The notes: generated from the letters alone by a model not told the origin. 24,000 nt of DNA from Candidatus Electrothrix aestuarii (GCA_032595685.2 CP159373.1:4045821-4069820); one strand, 5' to 3'; shown: positions 8,498 through 15,221, numbered from the stretch's first letter. Translations and numbers: made by a program.

Positions 8498-8866
8498 TTG
8501 AGTAAGGGCGTTGGGAGGAGAATAAAGCTCCCGTCACAGTTTTATATTCGCTTGGTTATCATTGCCTTGGTCGGAATTACCCTTGGTGTGTTGACCATAT
8601 ATTTTGGCTTGCAGCCAAGTCATCGTTCCTTTGAGTTTAATACCGACTACACGCCCCTGGGTTATGCTCTCCGGGGCAGCTGTCTGCTTTGCGGTATTGT
8701 TTCGCTGTATTATGCTGTTTTGAGTATCGTGCGCAAGGAAACCTTGCGTGGTTCGCTTGTAGCTCTGGGGCTGGCCTTCAGCTGTATCTTCTGGGAAGTG
8801 GCGGTTTTTGTCTTTCTTGTCTGTTTGGTCTTGGTGATTGTTCTTGCAGTGGCTGCGGGGAGCTGA
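8498..8866 (+). CDS. Small polytopic membrane protein of unknown function (TTG start)
   Basis: Three or four hydrophobic helices (LVIIALVGITLGVLTIYFGL; SCLLCGIVSLYYAVLSIV; LVALGLAFSCIFWEVAVFVFLVCLVLVIVLAVAA). Its last 45 codons are duplicated at 10252-10386. Confidence 0.5.
   Translation: MSKGVGRRIKLPSQFYIRLVIIALVGITLGVLTIYFGLQPSHRSFEFNTDYTPLGYALRGSCLLCGIVSLYYAVLSIVRKETLRGSLVALGLAFSCIFWEVAVFVFLVCLVLVIVLAVAAGS
8729..8866 (+). repeat. Copy A of a ~135-bp dispersed direct repeat (3' end of the 8498..8866 gene)
   Basis: Aligns without gaps to 10248-10386 with about 14 mismatches by my count. The last 27 nt plus the stop codon are identical. Confidence 0.85.
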
Positions 8867-8950
8867 TAGCGTTCTTTTTTGCATGTAGAGCCTTGGCAAC
8901 CAAGGCACATTCGATTTATCGAGGAGTCAAATACTATCAGGATGTCTATC

Positions 8951-9499
8951 ATGGAAAAAGTTAATCCCAATAAAAGAGTTTGTGCTTGTTTATTTGATAT
9001 TCTATTCATAACTTTGATTTTAATTGTATTAAAAGAAACATTTCGCTGGGGCGACTATAATAAATATATAAATTTGTCACTATTTATTTTGTTTTCTCTC
9101 CGTGATTCATTTAAGGGTAAAAGTCTAGGTAAGCTCATAGTCGGATTGAGAGTGTTAGATTTAAATGGGAAACCAATATTTGTTTTTGAGTCATTCAAAA
9201 GAAATTCTATTTTATTATGGCCAGAAGTGATAATATATTTTCTGATACCAAATCATATTAAGTTTATATATTTTGCATATTTAATTATATTTATTACAGT
9301 AATTATAGAGTATGTTTTGTCTGTATATTCAAAAACTGGCCGTAGGTTTGGGGATATTATTGCCGAAACAAAAATGAAAGAAAAATATCCCGATAAACCT
9401 GGATGGACATATTATTTTTCATTTATTCTTTGTTTGTTGGTTTTAATAATAATGCTATATGCTTTTGGTATAAAAGGTATAGGGATTAGTTTCTTTTGA
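8951..9499 (+). CDS. RDD-family integral membrane protein
   Basis: Hydrophobic N-terminal helix (CACLFDILFITLILIVL), an RD...GKSLGKLIVGLRVLDLNGKP segment typical of the RDD domain, and further TM helices. The gene is very AT-rich. Weak AGGA RBS lies 8 nt before ATG 8951; an alternative ATG is at 8942. Confidence 0.55.
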   Translation: MEKVNPNKRVCACLFDILFITLILIVLKETFRWGDYNKYINLSLFILFSLRDSFKGKSLGKLIVGLRVLDLNGKPIFVFESFKRNSILLWPEVIIYFLIPNHIKFIYFAYLIIFITVIIEYVLSVYSKTGRRFGDIIAETKMKEKYPDKPGWTYYFSFILCLLVLIIMLYAFGIKGIGISFF

Positions 9500-9605
9500 T
9501 TTAAATATAAAAACGGGTTGTAGCGGACAGCGAGAACGGATATGGCCTGACGGTCAAGTTTTGGTGGCGCCACCGCTGAGTTCAAACGTTATCTGAGTGA
9601 AGAAA

Positions 9606-10226
9606 ATGGAACAACAATTTACTCAGGCCGAGGCAGATCGCCATAATGCCCTTGTTAAACGTGCTGGAGAGCTGAGTGAAGGGCTGCTCTTTATACATGA
9701 TTCGTATCCGCCAAGGCGTTTGAGCTGGCTCAAACGGCGTAGGATGCGCAAGGCGATACAATACTATAAAGAGGCCCTTGAGATTAATCCTGCGGGATGG
9801 CCCTCTATGTGGTTTATTGGAAAGATTTATCAGCGGCTTGGAGAGCATGCTACATCTCTGGAGTGGTTCACCCGTGCTTACATGCTGAACCCGACTGAAC
9901 CGGAGATGGCTCGCGAAGCCGGGCTTGCCGCACTTGATTGCGGTGAGGCAGAGGCCGGGCTTAGGTTATGTCAGGCCGCTGTTGACGGTAAACCAGATGA
10001 TTTCGGGTTGGTTTGCAACCTGGCGCTTGCTCACATGCTGTGCGGCAATGATGACGCAGCTGTCCAATGTGCCACGCGCGCTGTCGAAGCTGATCCAGAC
10101 GATACAATTTATGCGAATGCGCAGAAGTTAGTCTGTGATGTCCGCGATGGCAAGTGTCGCAGACCTAAGATGTTGGAAGAAGTGTACCAGAAGGAAATGC
10201 AAGTGCATCCGAAAGAAATACACTAG
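9606..10226 (+). CDS. TPR-repeat protein
   Basis: Successive about-34-aa helical repeats with the TPR signature (AIQYYKEALEINPAGWPSMWFIGKIYQRLGEHATSLEWFTRAYMLNP; ...LALAHMLCGNDDAAVQCATRAVEADPDD). I prefer ATG 9606 over the GTG at 9597. Confidence 0.6.
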   Translation: MEQQFTQAEADRHNALVKRAGELSEGLLFIHDSYPPRRLSWLKRRRMRKAIQYYKEALEINPAGWPSMWFIGKIYQRLGEHATSLEWFTRAYMLNPTEPEMAREAGLAALDCGEAEAGLRLCQAAVDGKPDDFGLVCNLALAHMLCGNDDAAVQCATRAVEADPDDTIYANAQKLVCDVRDGKCRRPKMLEEVYQKEMQVHPKEIH

Positions 10227-10247
10227 AAATAACATAGCGTTTAACCT

Positions 10248-10386
10248 GTGACGCAAGGAAACCTTGCGTAGTTCGCTTGCGGCTCTGGGGTTGGCTCTCT
10301 GCTGTATTTTCTGGGAAGTGGCGGTCTTTGTTTTTGTTGTCTGCTTGGTGTTGGTGATTGTTCTTGCAGTGGCTGCGGGGAGCTGA
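10248..10386 (+). repeat. Copy B of the ~135-bp dispersed direct repeat
   Basis: See 8729-8866. Weaker similarity may continue about 25 nt further, around GCATGTAG / ACATGCAG. Confidence 0.85.
10252..10386 (+). pseudogene. Start-less 3' fragment of a homologue of the 8498..8866 membrane-protein gene
   Basis: Translates in frame as RKETLRSSLAALGLALCCIFWEVAVFVFVVCLVLVIVLAVAAGS*, against RKETLRGSLVALGLAFSCIFWEVAVFVFLVCLVLVIVLAVAAGS* in the intact gene. An in-frame TGA at 10249-10251 precedes it and there is no start codon. Confidence 0.7.
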
Positions 10387-10432
10387 TTGTAGGGTCTCTT
10401 CACATGCAGTTCTGTTGATAATCAGGTAGGTT

Positions 10433-10599
10433 CCATGTTATCCGTGGATAACAAAGGATATCATGGAATAACCGGGAAGAAGATTGATAACTGGAAATAT
10501 TTTTCCAGTTTTACCGAGTCAATAACTGATAACATGGAAAAGTGGTTACAGATATAGGGTGATACCATGTATTGTTTCCAGGTTATCTATACTGTTATC
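10433..10599. promoter_or_regulatory. Cluster of GATAAC/GTTATC hexamers and inverted repeats upstream of the 10612 gene
   Basis: GTTATC at 10437, 10582 and 10594. GATAAC at 10447, 10486 and 10528. Near-palindrome GTTATCCGTGGATAAC at 10437-10452. 10-bp inverted repeat CCATGTTATC (10433-10442) / GATAACATGG (10528-10537). Palindrome CTGGAAAtattTTTCCAG at 10491-10508. Confidence 0.4.
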
Positions 10600-10611
10600 C
10601 TCATAAAAAAT

Positions 10612-10953
10612 ATGAAGACTATCAACGGAAGAAAACAATTTATCGAAATAATCTCTGGATTGTCAAAAGATTCAAAATTGCTGTTTTATGAGGAAATGTC
10701 TCATTGTTTAACTGTGTGTATCCGCTCTATTTGGTCAAATAATGACTTGGCTGAAAAACAAATAATTGACCAAATAAAGTGGGTAAATGAAATTCAACAT
10801 CGAGTTACTTCCAAAATTTCAGTTGATAGGCAAGGACTTCATGAATGGACGGAATCTGATTTTATAGATATGGTAAAGCATTATGTTGATCTATGCCCAG
10901 CAATTAGAGATGAAGTAGCTTATGCAATTAATACTGCATATTCAGGATTATAA
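10612..10953 (+). CDS. Small protein of unknown function (113 aa)
   Basis: AT-rich open frame. The internal ATG at 10612 (MKTINGRKQFIEIISGL...) is preferred because the ORF-track start overlaps the motif cluster. No family recognised. Confidence 0.4.
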   Translation: MKTINGRKQFIEIISGLSKDSKLLFYEEMSHCLTVCIRSIWSNNDLAEKQIIDQIKWVNEIQHRVTSKISVDRQGLHEWTESDFIDMVKHYVDLCPAIRDEVAYAINTAYSGL

Positions 10954-11079
10954 GTTAGCCAAAAGGATAACAATCGCACTCAAGCTGACCAAAAAAGCCG
11001 AGCTTGGGTATCGTTTAATTTGAAGGCTGTCGCGTCGGCTTTTTCGGCAGCTTACTGCGGCGTTATGGTATCTAAAATA

Positions 11080-11541
11080 ATGAAATATTTAACTTTTATC
11101 TGGGTCTTTTTTATTGTGGGACAAGTATTCGCTGACTGTCCAGTAGTTTCGGATCAGGCGGAGAATTTGATAACAGCTCATACAAATAATGTTAGAGGTG
11201 GTGAATATTGTAAATACAGGGACATTGTTAAAACCAAAAATATTGAAATTATTTTATATTCCATAGAGGGAGCTTGCTACAAAGATACAATAACACCAAA
11301 GGGAGCTTGTGGTAATCATTTTACCCGCTACATGACTGGTATTGTTAATGGAAAAGAAATAGCTCCGATTACCGTTGGTGGAAAGGGGATCTTTTATACC
11401 AAGAATTTAGAGATCAACGGGGAAAATATAATTATTTCTGGTTTGTCTTACTTAAGTACTGACCCTATGTGTTGTCCTTCAAAAAAAGATAGCCATACTT
11501 ATATAATTGATAGTGGTAGCTTTAAGGAAGTTAAACCATAA
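11080..11541 (+). CDS. Secreted Cys-containing protein of unknown function
   Basis: Signal peptide MKYLTFIWVFFIVGQVFA followed by DCP. Several Cys residues (CKY, GACY, GACG, MCCP) suggest disulfides. ATG 11080 is preferred over the alternative start at 11020. Confidence 0.5.
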   Translation: MKYLTFIWVFFIVGQVFADCPVVSDQAENLITAHTNNVRGGEYCKYRDIVKTKNIEIILYSIEGACYKDTITPKGACGNHFTRYMTGIVNGKEIAPITVGGKGIFYTKNLEINGENIIISGLSYLSTDPMCCPSKKDSHTYIIDSGSFKEVKP

Positions 11542-11685
11542 CAAAAAAATGAACTGGGACCGGGTGGGAGCGTGCAGTTATTGAGCGCTTTCGTTTTTTA
11601 ACCTTATTCGTTTTACTGGCCGCTTACGTGGTTAGCCACCTGGCCCGTTATTTTTAGCGTTACTCCCCTGCCATCCAACCCCAAA

Positions 11686-11822
11686 ACATCCCAGCATGTA
11701 CCGCAAATACATGCCAGGATGTACCGCAAATACATACCAGCATATATTTCAAAACATGCCAGGATGTAACCCCGATACATGCAAGCATGCATTTATACAA
11801 CATGCCTGCATATATTTCCCCG
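11686..11822 (+). repeat. Six tandem ~23-bp repeats with an imperfect palindromic core (ACATGCnnGCATGT)
   Basis: Units start at 11686, 11709, 11732, 11754, 11777 and 11800: ACATCCCAGCATGTACCGCAAAT / ACATGCCAGGATGTACCGCAAAT / ACATACCAGCATATATTTCAAA / ACATGCCAGGATGTAACCCCGAT / ACATGCAAGCATGCATTTATACA / ACATGCCTGCATATATTTCCCCG. The array is flanked by TCCCCTGCCATCC (11664-11676) and TCCCTGCCATGC (11824-11835). Confidence 0.85.
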
Positions 11823-11877
11823 TCTCCCTGCCATGCACTCCCTCCCGCAAAAATATTTCATCATGAAAAATATATTC

Positions 11878-11906
11878 TTGACAACCTTGAAACTCCGCCG
11901 TAATCT
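11878..11906 (+). promoter_or_regulatory. Sigma70-type promoter candidate for the 11966 gene
   Basis: TTGACA (11878-11883), 17-nt spacer, TAATCT (11901-11906). Preceded by an AT-rich near-palindrome, AATATTTCATCATGAAAAATAT. GGAGGGAG RBS lies before ATG 11966. Confidence 0.55.
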
Positions 11907-11965
11907 GCATGTCACCGATTGATTTTCGGGATACATCAATATCTTAAAGCCGACAGGAGGGAGTT

Positions 11966-13045
11966 ATGGCAACTGTGCAATACAGAATCGAGTGGAATCC
12001 TCTGACCAAACCTGGTACCTATCGGCTTCGCTTTCTGCCGAATAAGACAGCGGGCTACGACGAAGTGGCGGCTCGGGTCGCCCTGAAGCATCCCGGCTCA
12101 TCGCCAGAGCAGGTCGGGAATCACCTGAAGTCGTCCTTTGATGAGATCGTGGACATGCTGGCCGAGGGGATGCAGGTGACCCTGAAAAATACCCTCACCA
12201 TCCGTCCCTCCTTTCATGCCCGCCTAGCCACCCCGGATGCCCCGCTGCCCCCTATGGAAGAACTTTTTGATCTGAGCATCTCGGCCACCCGTCCTTATAT
12301 CCGGGCCGTGCGCGAGGCTGTCACCCTGGAGCGGGTAGGCACTGACGAAAAGGCACCCACAATCCTCTCGGCCTCTGATACCATCCTGGAGCTGAACAAC
12401 GTGCTCAACCCCGAGGGTGTGCTGCATCTGACCGGCAGCCATCTCTTCTTTGACCGGACTGCCCCGGACTGCACCTGTGTTCTTGCGGGTACCCGCAGCG
12501 GTAAACGGACGCTGAGCCAATTCGCCGCCATCAGCGACTCCGAGATCCTGGTGGTGCCGCATATTCCGGGCCAGGCAAACCCCTGGAACAACGAGTATAC
12601 GGTGTCGGTCACCACCCGCTATACGGAACACGGCTCGTTGCGCACCGGCACCTACGGTCGCAAGCTGCGTTCTCCTCTGCGTGTGGACATGGCCTCTCTG
12701 GGCGAGACGGGCGCGGGCATCCTTACCGGCAATGCCGATGCACCCTTTGTGCGTATCACCGGCGGTGAAGTGTCGGCGGACGAGCGTTTGCGGATTCAGG
12801 TGGATTACAACCTCCAGGCGGATCAGCTCACCTTTAATTTGCATGATCTGCGGGATGGCGGGGCGAGCGGGGACATGGTGCCGGTGACCGGGAACGGTGA
12901 CTACACGCTGATCGGTTTTACCGGTTCCGCAGTGACCAACCTGGATATCACGGTGGATGCGTATGATGATCTCAAGGCAATGGTCCGCAATGATTATGAC
13001 GGCAGGCTGGTAGATATCCTGGATATTCAGGCTGCGGAAGGGTAG
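11966..13045 (+). CDS. HU-like DNA-binding domain protein with DUF4469-like (Ig-like) middle domain and an extra C-terminal domain
   Basis: The N-terminus fits the Bacteroidetes-type HU (HU_HIG) pattern (YRIEWNPLTKPGTYRLRF...GYDEVAARVALKHPGSSPEQVGNHLKSSFDEIVDMLAEGMQVTLKNTLTIRPSF). The middle fits the DUF4469 pattern (APTILSASD...LNPEGVLHLTGSHLFFD...EILVVPHIP...EYTVSVTTRYTEHGSLRTGTYGRKLRSPLRV). The gene is visibly more GC-rich than its neighbours. The family call is from memory of these patterns. Confidence 0.5.
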   Translation: MATVQYRIEWNPLTKPGTYRLRFLPNKTAGYDEVAARVALKHPGSSPEQVGNHLKSSFDEIVDMLAEGMQVTLKNTLTIRPSFHARLATPDAPLPPMEELFDLSISATRPYIRAVREAVTLERVGTDEKAPTILSASDTILELNNVLNPEGVLHLTGSHLFFDRTAPDCTCVLAGTRSGKRTLSQFAAISDSEILVVPHIPGQANPWNNEYTVSVTTRYTEHGSLRTGTYGRKLRSPLRVDMASLGETGAGILTGNADAPFVRITGGEVSADERLRIQVDYNLQADQLTFNLHDLRDGGASGDMVPVTGNGDYTLIGFTGSAVTNLDITVDAYDDLKAMVRNDYDGRLVDILDIQAAEG

Positions 13046-13089
13046 GGCAGTGATCTGCTGATTAATGCAATAAAACGGGGACTCCAACC

Positions 13090-14010
13090 ATGAGAAAGAG
13101 TATGAAGGTTTCCATCTCTCAGGTAAGCATTGCCGCTCTTATCCTCTGTCTCAGCAGTGGTCAGGCTCTGGCGACCACTGATTTGCCGGATTGCCAAAGC
13201 TCTACTGCTAGCGGAACGCTCTGTCAGATCAAGGTCAAAGACCTGCATCCCACCCAGTTTGCCGTAGGTAGCGTTGCTGTGGAGTGTAAGAGGAAGAAAA
13301 TTGAGAAAAAGCACGAAAAGGACAAACTGGAAAAATATTTAGCTGATCCTGAAAGACAAGTGCCAGCCGTGGTCGGGCCGGATGGTAATTTGTACATCAC
13401 GGATCATCACCATCTCACCACTGCACTGTATCGGGCCAAAGACGGTGACTGGAAGGGAAAAGACCAGAAGGTGCAGGTGAATATACTGGAAAACTTCGGC
13501 GAGACAGGCATCTCTATGGAGGAGTTCTGGAATATTATGAAGATGCAGACCAGGGTTTGGCCGTACGATGAAAAAGGCGATGCAGTCGAAGAATACGGAG
13601 AAAAACTCCCCTCAATGGATATGGGCGATCTGAAGGATAATCCCTATCGTACCCTGTCCCGCTGGACCAGGGAGAGTTGCGGCTATATCAAAGAAGGTAA
13701 AGAGCAATGCCTTGCCCTTGAGGCAACGAAAGAAGATCCCACAGCTCCTTATTATATGGAGTTCTACTGGGCAAGGTTCCTGCGCGAAGAACTCAAAAAG
13801 AGCAATGCTGACCTGGACGATCCGAAGAAGCTGATGGAAGATATTTATCCAGAAGCGATTCAGGTGACCTTGGACAAGGAGAAGACAGGTGCCTTCTTTA
13901 AGGAACAAGGGCTTGATGCCCAGAAGTACGGGCAGAATCAGAAGGGCAGGTACCTCTCGCTGTCCTTTAGTGACGATGCCTGCGAGGAATGGTATCTGGA
14001 AAAGGATTGA
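13090..14010 (+). CDS. Signal-peptide-bearing ParB-like nuclease-fold protein (ParBc_2 family candidate)
   Basis: Signal peptide (VSIAALILCLSSGQALA). ParB/Srx-fold signature LHPTQFAVGSVAV...VPAVVGPDGNLYITDHHHLTTAL. The downstream NPYRTLSRWTRESCGYIK...EFYWARFLR also resembles the ParBc_2 family. Starts 44 nt after the previous gene with no intervening terminator. Confidence 0.6.
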   Translation: MRKSMKVSISQVSIAALILCLSSGQALATTDLPDCQSSTASGTLCQIKVKDLHPTQFAVGSVAVECKRKKIEKKHEKDKLEKYLADPERQVPAVVGPDGNLYITDHHHLTTALYRAKDGDWKGKDQKVQVNILENFGETGISMEEFWNIMKMQTRVWPYDEKGDAVEEYGEKLPSMDMGDLKDNPYRTLSRWTRESCGYIKEGKEQCLALEATKEDPTAPYYMEFYWARFLREELKKSNADLDDPKKLMEDIYPEAIQVTLDKEKTGAFFKEQGLDAQKYGQNQKGRYLSLSFSDDACEEWYLEKD

Positions 14011-14044
14011 TCCCGTTCCTTTTCTCTGACATTTCCCGGTAGTA

Positions 14045-14089
14045 AAAGAGGAGGAGGAACTCCCAGCTCCATCCTCCTCTTTGTTTTTC
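14045..14089. terminator. Bidirectional rho-independent terminator between the ParB-like gene and trpS
   Basis: 11-bp stem AAAGAGGAGGA (14045-14055) / TCCTCCTCTTT (14072-14082), followed by GTTTTT on the + strand. The complement has a short T-run for the - strand. Confidence 0.6.
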
Positions 14090-14141
14090 GTATTACTCGG
14101 AACTCCCAGCTCCATCCTCCTCTTTGTTTTTCGTATTACTC
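14056..14141 (+). repeat. Perfect 43-bp tandem duplication overlapping the terminator
   Basis: GGAACTCCCAGCTCCATCCTCCTCTTTGTTTTTCGTATTACTC occurs at 14056-14098 and again at 14099-14141. Confidence 0.9.
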
Positions 14142-14170
14142 AGATGATGATTCTGAGGCTGTAGATTGGC

Positions 14171-15166
14171 CTAATACCGCAAACCAACCCGATCCCGCAC
14201 CAGATCCAGGGTCTCTGTTGCCTTGGCTCTGGCCTTTTCCGCACCCTTTTGCAGGGTTTCCCGCAGGTAATCCTGATTCTGGAGCAGCTCTTTTTTTTTC
14301 GCGCGGGCATCTGCATAGTAATCCCGGATCAGCTCAAAAAGATCCTGCTTCAGATAGCCATAGGCCGCTCCCCCGTTAACATAGAGATTATGCACCTCTG
14401 CGAGTTTTTCCTCAGAGGCAAAGAGCTTGAGCAGGGCATAGAGGTTACAGGTGTCAGGGTTCTTGGGATCTTCCACCGGGGTGGAGTCGGTCTGGACCGC
14501 CATAACCCGTTTCCGCAGGGGCTTGTCATCAAGGAAGATGGGAATGGTGTTGTCGTAGGACTTGGACATCTTCTGTCCATCCAGGCCGGGAACAATGGCT
14601 GTGCCCTCGTTGATTGCCGGTTCCGGGATCACAAAGGTATCACCATAGGTATTATTAAATTTGATGGCGATATCCCTGGCCACCTCTAAATGCTGTTTCT
14701 GATCCTTACCCACAGGGACAATCTCGGATTGATAAAGGAGGATGTCTGCGGCCATCAGCACCGGATAGGCAAAGAGCCCGTGGTTAGCAGCGATCCCCTT
14801 GGCAACCTTATCTTTATAGGAATGGCAACGCTCCAGCAGACCCATCGGGGTCAGATTAGAGAGAATCCAGGAAAGCTCACAGACCTCCGGGACATCGGAC
14901 TGGACCCAGAAGATGCATTTGTCTGGATCAAGCCCCAGGGCGAGGAAATCTGCTGCCGCTTCCAGGGTGCCGGTAGAGAGTTTTGTGCGGTCCTGCACCG
15001 AGGTGAGGGCGTGCAGGTCAACAATAAAAACAAAGAGGTCAGAGGTCTCCATGTTGGCAATCATGGTTTTCATCATGCCGAAGTAATTGCCAATATGGAG
15101 TTGTCCTGAAGGCTGAATGCCGGAGAGTATACGTTGCATAGTTTTTGATGGTTCAGGCTGATTCAT
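14171..15166 (-). CDS. trpS: Tryptophan--tRNA ligase
   Basis: Class I aaRS HIGH-type motif (SGIQPSGQLHIGNYFG) and KMSKS motif (GQKMSKSYDN). Length and overall pattern are typical of bacterial TrpRS. The true start may be the Met at 15139 (MQRILSGIQPSG). Confidence 0.92.
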   Translation of the reverse strand: MNQPEPSKTMQRILSGIQPSGQLHIGNYFGMMKTMIANMETSDLFVFIVDLHALTSVQDRTKLSTGTLEAAADFLALGLDPDKCIFWVQSDVPEVCELSWILSNLTPMGLLERCHSYKDKVAKGIAANHGLFAYPVLMAADILLYQSEIVPVGKDQKQHLEVARDIAIKFNNTYGDTFVIPEPAINEGTAIVPGLDGQKMSKSYDNTIPIFLDDKPLRKRVMAVQTDSTPVEDPKNPDTCNLYALLKLFASEEKLAEVHNLYVNGGAAYGYLKQDLFELIRDYYADARAKKKELLQNQDYLRETLQKGAEKARAKATETLDLVRDRVGLRY

Positions 15167-15192
15167 GTGAGGGTTTATGAATTAATCGGGGC

Positions 15193-15221
15193 AATATACC
15201 AGTAAAATTTTTCTCTGGCAA
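15193..15221 (-). promoter_or_regulatory. Sigma70-type promoter candidate for trpS
   Basis: On the - strand: TTGCCA (15221-15216), 17-nt spacer, TATATT (15198-15193), about 27 nt upstream of the 15166 start. Confidence 0.4.

Noticed and set aside
9500-9605. Possible tRNA, attachment site or terminator around the GGTGGCGCCACC palindrome
   Set aside because: No cloverleaf can be drawn. The 12-nt palindrome has no loop and no T-run, and I found no matching direct repeat elsewhere in the window.
10437-10452. A chromosomal origin of replication, suggested by the DnaA-box-like TTATCCACG
   Set aside because: There is only one near-consensus box. There is no AT-rich DNA-unwinding element with 13-mer repeats and no dnaA, dnaN or gidA context. 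I kept it only as part of the GATAAC motif-cluster finding.
11686-11822. Possible CRISPR array
   Set aside because: The 22-23-bp units are directly adjacent with no spacers, are degenerate, and no cas genes are nearby. They fit better as an iteron or operator-like tandem repeat.
12224-13087. 287-aa ORF on the - strand
   Set aside because: It lies entirely antisense to the GC-rich 11966..13045 gene. Its composition is Arg/Gly/Pro/His-rich and low-complexity, typical of shadow ORFs in GC-rich DNA, and it has no RBS or motif.
14249-15109. Two + strand ORFs (146 aa and 139 aa) inside trpS
   Set aside because: They are antisense to a gene with unambiguous TrpRS motifs (HIGH/KMSKS), so they are shadow ORFs.
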